From contig CAWDSI010000005.1 of assembly GCA_963804915.1 (NCBI GenBank), positions 46,271 to 110,270 of the forward strand: a DNA stretch of 64,000 nucleotides, in the 5' to 3' direction. Shown here piece after piece: positions 60,259 to 64,000 of the stretch. Below the pieces are notes generated by a model. It was not told the origin of the DNA. It worked only from the letters and a program-made list of their open reading frames with translations, and searched no databases. The stretch's first letter is position 1, and each line of letters begins with the position of its first letter. The position numbers and the translations under genes were made by a program. Source of the stretch: an uncultured Acidobacteriota bacterium. Its GTDB lineage: Bacteria > Acidobacteriota > Thermoanaerobaculia > UBA5066 > Gp7-AA6.

Positions 60259-61397
60259 GGCTGCTCGTCGTCTCACACACCGAGCACTTCCTTAAGGACG
60301 GAGTCACCGTCGGCTGGGGCCCGACCGTGAGGGAGCTCGGCCGGCTGGCGGGTCTCTTCGACGAGCTCGTGCACGTGGCCCCTCTCCACGCGGACGTCGC
60401 CCCGGCGAGCGCCCTGCCCTATGAAGCCCCGAATGTTCGGCACGTACCGGTCCGCCCGGCAGGAGGGACATCGATCGGCGCGAAGCTCGGAGTCCTCGCG
60501 GCGTGGGCGGAGTATCTGCGCGTCATCCACCGGGAGCTCGGCCGCTGCGACGTCGTTCACGTCCGGTGCCCGTCGAACATCGGTCTCCTCGCGATCCTGG
60601 TGCTGGCGCTTCGGCGCCATCCCCGCCGGCGGTGGATCAAGTACGCGGGCAACTGGTTCCCGACCGCTCCCGAGAGTCTGTCGTACTCGCTCCAGCGCTG
60701 GCTCCTCGCGCGCGGCGCGGCGCGCAGCATCGTCACCGTGAACGGGAACTGGCCGAATCAGCCGGCGCATATCCGGGCGTTCCTGAATCCGTGCCTCTCG
60801 GACGAAGAGCTCCGCGACGGCGCCGCGCGGGGCGCGGCAAAACGCCTCTCTCCACCTGTACGGCTGCTCTTCGTCGGACGGATCGAAAGCGAAAAAGGCG
60901 CCGGACGCGCGGTCGACGTGGTGGAAGGGCTCCGCCGGGAGGGCATCGATGCCCGCCTCGACCTCGTTGGCGACGGGCCGGATCGCACGGCGCTTGCGGC
61001 CAGGATCGCGTCCGCCGGGCTGGGAGATCAGGTCCGGCTCCTCGGATCACTTCCTCGTCCCGCGGTGAACGACCTCTATGCCACGGCGCATATCCTGCTG
61101 TTCCCCTCCTCGTCGAGCGAGGGCTGGCCCAAGGTCCTGAGCGAGGGCATGGCCTACGGCGTGGTTCCCGTCGCGGGCCGTGTCAGCAGCATCCCGCAGT
61201 ACCTGCAGACCTTTCAGTCCGGGCGCGCACTCGACCCGAATGACCGGGAAGCATTCATCGAAGCGATCTCTTCGTACGTCCGGGAGCCCGTCCGCTGGAG
61301 CGAGCAATCGGCGCGGGCCATCGAAGCGGCGGCGGGGTTCACGTATGCCCGCTACCTCGCCGCGGTGCGAGGCATCCTCGATCTGGAGCCCGCGTGA
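60255..61397 (+). CDS. Glycosyltransferase family 4
   Basis: Own start MRLLVVSHTEH at 60255; FVGRIESEKG, SEGWPKVLSEGMAYG. Confidence 0.9.
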   Translation: MRLLVVSHTEHFLKDGVTVGWGPTVRELGRLAGLFDELVHVAPLHADVAPASALPYEAPNVRHVPVRPAGGTSIGAKLGVLAAWAEYLRVIHRELGRCDVVHVRCPSNIGLLAILVLALRRHPRRRWIKYAGNWFPTAPESLSYSLQRWLLARGAARSIVTVNGNWPNQPAHIRAFLNPCLSDEELRDGAARGAAKRLSPPVRLLFVGRIESEKGAGRAVDVVEGLRREGIDARLDLVGDGPDRTALAARIASAGLGDQVRLLGSLPRPAVNDLYATAHILLFPSSSSEGWPKVLSEGMAYGVVPVAGRVSSIPQYLQTFQSGRALDPNDREAFIEAISSYVREPVRWSEQSARAIEAAAGFTYARYLAAVRGILDLEPA

Positions 61398-62789
61398 TCG
61401 CACGACTCCTGCCGGTGGCGGCGAAATCCCCCAACCGGTCGCTCGAGTGGCTCTGGCAGCTTCTCTTCATCGGTGCGCACGTGCCTCTCGCGATGCTGAT
61501 CAAGAAGCATTCGCCGTACGCCATGTGGCACGCGCTGGCCGTGCTGGTCGTCGGCGTCCTGCTGGCGCTTCGGCGGCGCCGTTTCGAAGGTGTCGCCTGC
61601 GTGGCCGCCTACATCACGGGAGCGGAAGTCTTCTGGCGCATGCGGAAAGCCGACATCCCCTGGGAGTTCGGCAAGTACGCCGTGGCCCTGGTGCTTCTGA
61701 TCTCGCTGCGTCCGGACGCCGCGTCCCCGCCGTTACTGGTTGCCCGTCGCCTACTTCCTGCTGCTGCTGCCCTCGGCAGCCCTCACGATCATGGGCCTCG
61801 ACGCGACCGAGGCCCGGGACCAGCTGAGCTTCAACCTCTCGGGCCCGCTGGCGCTGGCGGTGTGCGCCGCGTTTTTTCATTCCCTGCGCTTCACGAAGCG
61901 CGAGCTCCGCTGGATCTATGCCAGCCTGATCGGGCCCATCGTGTCCATCGCGTGGATCGGTGCGGTCATGCTGGACAAGGCCCAGCTGGACGAGTTCGCA
62001 AACGATTCGAACGCGATCGGGAGCGGCGGGTTCGGGCCGAACCAGGTCTCGGCCGTCCTCGGCCTGGGAATACTCGCGGCCGTCTTCTGGCTCGTCGTGG
62101 GCGCCGGAAACACCGTCGCGAGTGGCGCGCTGGCCGTGCTCGTCCTTTTTCTCTTCCGGCAGTGCGTCGTCACGTTCTCGAGAGGCGGCCTCTACATGGC
62201 GGTTGGTGGCATTCTCGCCGCGGCCTTCTATCTCGCCCGGGATCGGCGGACGCGATGGAGGCTCCTCGGCGCGGCCGCCGTCATTCTGCCCATTCTTCTC
62301 TTCGTGATCTGGCCTCGCCTCGAAGCCATGACCTCGGGCGTGATCGGGGAGCGCTTCGGTGACACGCAGCTCACGGGGCGGGATCTCCTGATCAAAGGGG
62401 ACCTCGAGTCCTGGTCAGAAAACATCGTCCTGGGAGTCGGGCCCGGAATGGGAGGCCCGAACCGGCTCAAGTACTTCCACGTGTCGTCGGCGCACACCGA
62501 GTACACTCGCCTCGTGGGCGAGCATGGGATGCTCGGCCTCGCGGCCCTCGTCCTTCTCGGGCTGATGACGCTCCGCAACATCCGCTCGGCGCCGACGCGC
62601 CTGGACAAGGCTCTCGCCGCCGGAATGATGGCCTACGCGCTGCTGAGCATGGTCGTGGACGCAATGCGCCTGGTCTCCCCGGCCTTCGCATTCGGTCTGT
62701 CCGGGGCTCACCTCCTGCGCCCGCGCCGGTCTCTGAAGGCCGCATCCGTTCCTTCGAGGCCCGCAACGCGGGCGGCGACCGGCGCATGA
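61394..62789 (+). CDS. O-antigen ligase / Wzy-like polymerase, apparent frameshift near 61709
   Basis: Polytopic; GFGPNQ, TFSRGG, TGRDL, LGVGPG, AHTEYTRLVGEHGMLG. Confidence 0.85.
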
Positions 62790-63920
62790 GCAGGGGCACG
62801 CCGGCGGCCGCATCGCCGAAACCGGAGCTCCTCTTCATCGGGAACTTCCTCTCCGCGGCCGGCGCGAGCCGCGGGGTCTGCGAAGACCTCGTGGAGCGGC
62901 TGCGCGGAGCGGGATGGCAGGTTCGTTCGGCCTCGGACAAGCTCTCCAAAGCGCCGCGCCTTCTGGACATGGCCCGGGCGGTCTGGCGCGGACGCGGGAG
63001 GGACGAGATCGTCCACGTCGACGTCTTCAGCGGGGACGCGTTTCTTTGGGCCGCGGCGATCGTCGTCCTGCTCCGGACGATGGGCAAGACCCATCTCCTC
63101 ACGCTGCACGGAGGTTCTCTTCCCCAGTTCTCGGCGAAGTGGCCCGGCGTGGTTCGCCGCGTCCTTTCGGCGGCCAGCGCCGTGACCGTCCCGTCCGAGT
63201 ATTTGCGACGCGAGATGCGGCCGTACCGCTCGGATTTGCGGCTGCTCCCGAATCCGCTGGATCTTCGGCCTCTACCCATATCGGCGACGCGAGCGGCCCG
63301 AGCCGCGCCTCGTCTGGTTGCGGGCTTTTCACGAGACGTACAACCCGTCGCTGGCTCCGAGCGTTCTCGCCCTTCTGGCGCGCGACGATCCGGCGGCGAC
63401 GCTGACGATGATCGGGCCCGACCGGGGCGATGGGAGCCTCGCGCGCGCCCGGGCGCGGGCCGCGGATCTCGGCGTTCTGGATCGAGTCCAGTTCGCCGGC
63501 CAGATCCCCAAGGCGTCGGTGGGAGAGCACCTTTCGCGCGGCGACATTTTTCTGAACACCACGAACGTCGACAACGCTCCGGTGAGCGTGCTCGAGGCGA
63601 TGGCCTGCGGCCTTTGCGTCGTGAGCACCCGCGTCGGCGGGCTCTCCGACCTCGTGAGGGACGGAGAAGAGGGTCTGCTGGTCCCCCCGGACGATGCCGA
63701 GGCCATGGTGGCGGCGATCCGCCGCGTGTTGCACGAACCGGAGCTCGCCGCGCGCCTCTCCGCCGGCGGCCGTCTCCGCGCCCGGTCTACGGACTGGAAT
63801 ACGGTTCTCCCGCAGTGGGAGGAGTTGCTCACCGCAGCGAACGGCGCGGCCGCGCTCGCGGAAGGACCCCTGGAGCCAGAGCGACGCGGAACTTCGGCGA
63901 CCGGAGCGTCGCGCCACTGA
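62786..63920 (+). CDS. Glycosyltransferase family 4, apparent frameshift near 63265
   Basis: N-part read manually from ATG 62786 (LLFIGNFLS, HVDVFSG, LHGG); C-part WLRAFHETYNP, DNAPVSVLEAMACG. Confidence 0.88.
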
Positions 63921-63925
63921 AGACG

Positions 63926-64000
63926 ATGCAGTCGCTTCTGGGCCTCGAGCACACGAGTGGCACGACGGGCCAGGCTCTCGACCTCTGGTGGAGCCGCGCC
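63926..64000 (+). CDS. Start of a possible PaaK/CapK-like adenylate-forming enzyme (partial, appears N-terminally truncated)
   Basis: MQSLLGLEHTSGTTGQALDLWWSRA contains a TSGTTG P-loop motif; only 25 codons visible. Confidence 0.4.
   Translation, partial: MQSLLGLEHTSGTTGQALDLWWSRA

Noticed and set aside
57471-61397. 1308-aa apparent double glycosyltransferase
   Set aside because: Out-of-frame leader plus two separate GT4 genes joined by the frameshift near 60000; the second has its own ATG at 60255
8640-63270. Programmed frameshifting or phase variation at the broken genes
   Set aside because: Breaks are not at long homopolymers or slippery heptamers and are scattered across unrelated genes, which fits read error better
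1-64000. rRNA, tRNA, transposase, integrase or phage genes
   Set aside because: None recognised; nearly all sequence is accounted for by the CDS calls and the gaps show no tRNA-like motifs

Overview
High-GC bacterial DNA, probably Acidobacteriota (inferred from the ADOP-type permease expansion, not from a marker gene). Three blocks are visible. (1) 1-24800, minus strand: a tightly coupled operon with a MacA/HlyD-type periplasmic adaptor, two MacB/LolD-type ABC ATPases and at least nine tandem ~800-aa ADOP-type (duplicated MacB_PCD+FtsX) permeases that run off the left edge, behind a sigma54-like promoter and a palindromic upstream site. (2) 24946-28176, minus strand: a BlaI-family repressor with a tandem operator, an M56 (BlaR1-like) metalloprotease whose sensor part is a set of His-containing 29-aa repeats, and an exported protein made of the same repeats. 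(3) 28214-64000: a large surface-polysaccharide region (epimerases, deacetylases, folD, O-antigen-ligase-like proteins, beta-barrel/OPX/Wzc, a NusG paralogue, Wzm with two Wzt, an AsnB-like amidoligase, many GT2/GT4). Most striking: many short intergenic gaps hold 7-29-aa ORFs, several recognisable as the start and/or end of a deleted gene (ADOP permease, SDR epimerase, CpsB-type phosphatase), most with start/stop overlaps to a neighbour. About 16 apparent frameshifts, mostly single-base insertions, are probably sequencing errors. All functional calls are from motif recognition by eye; no searches were run.
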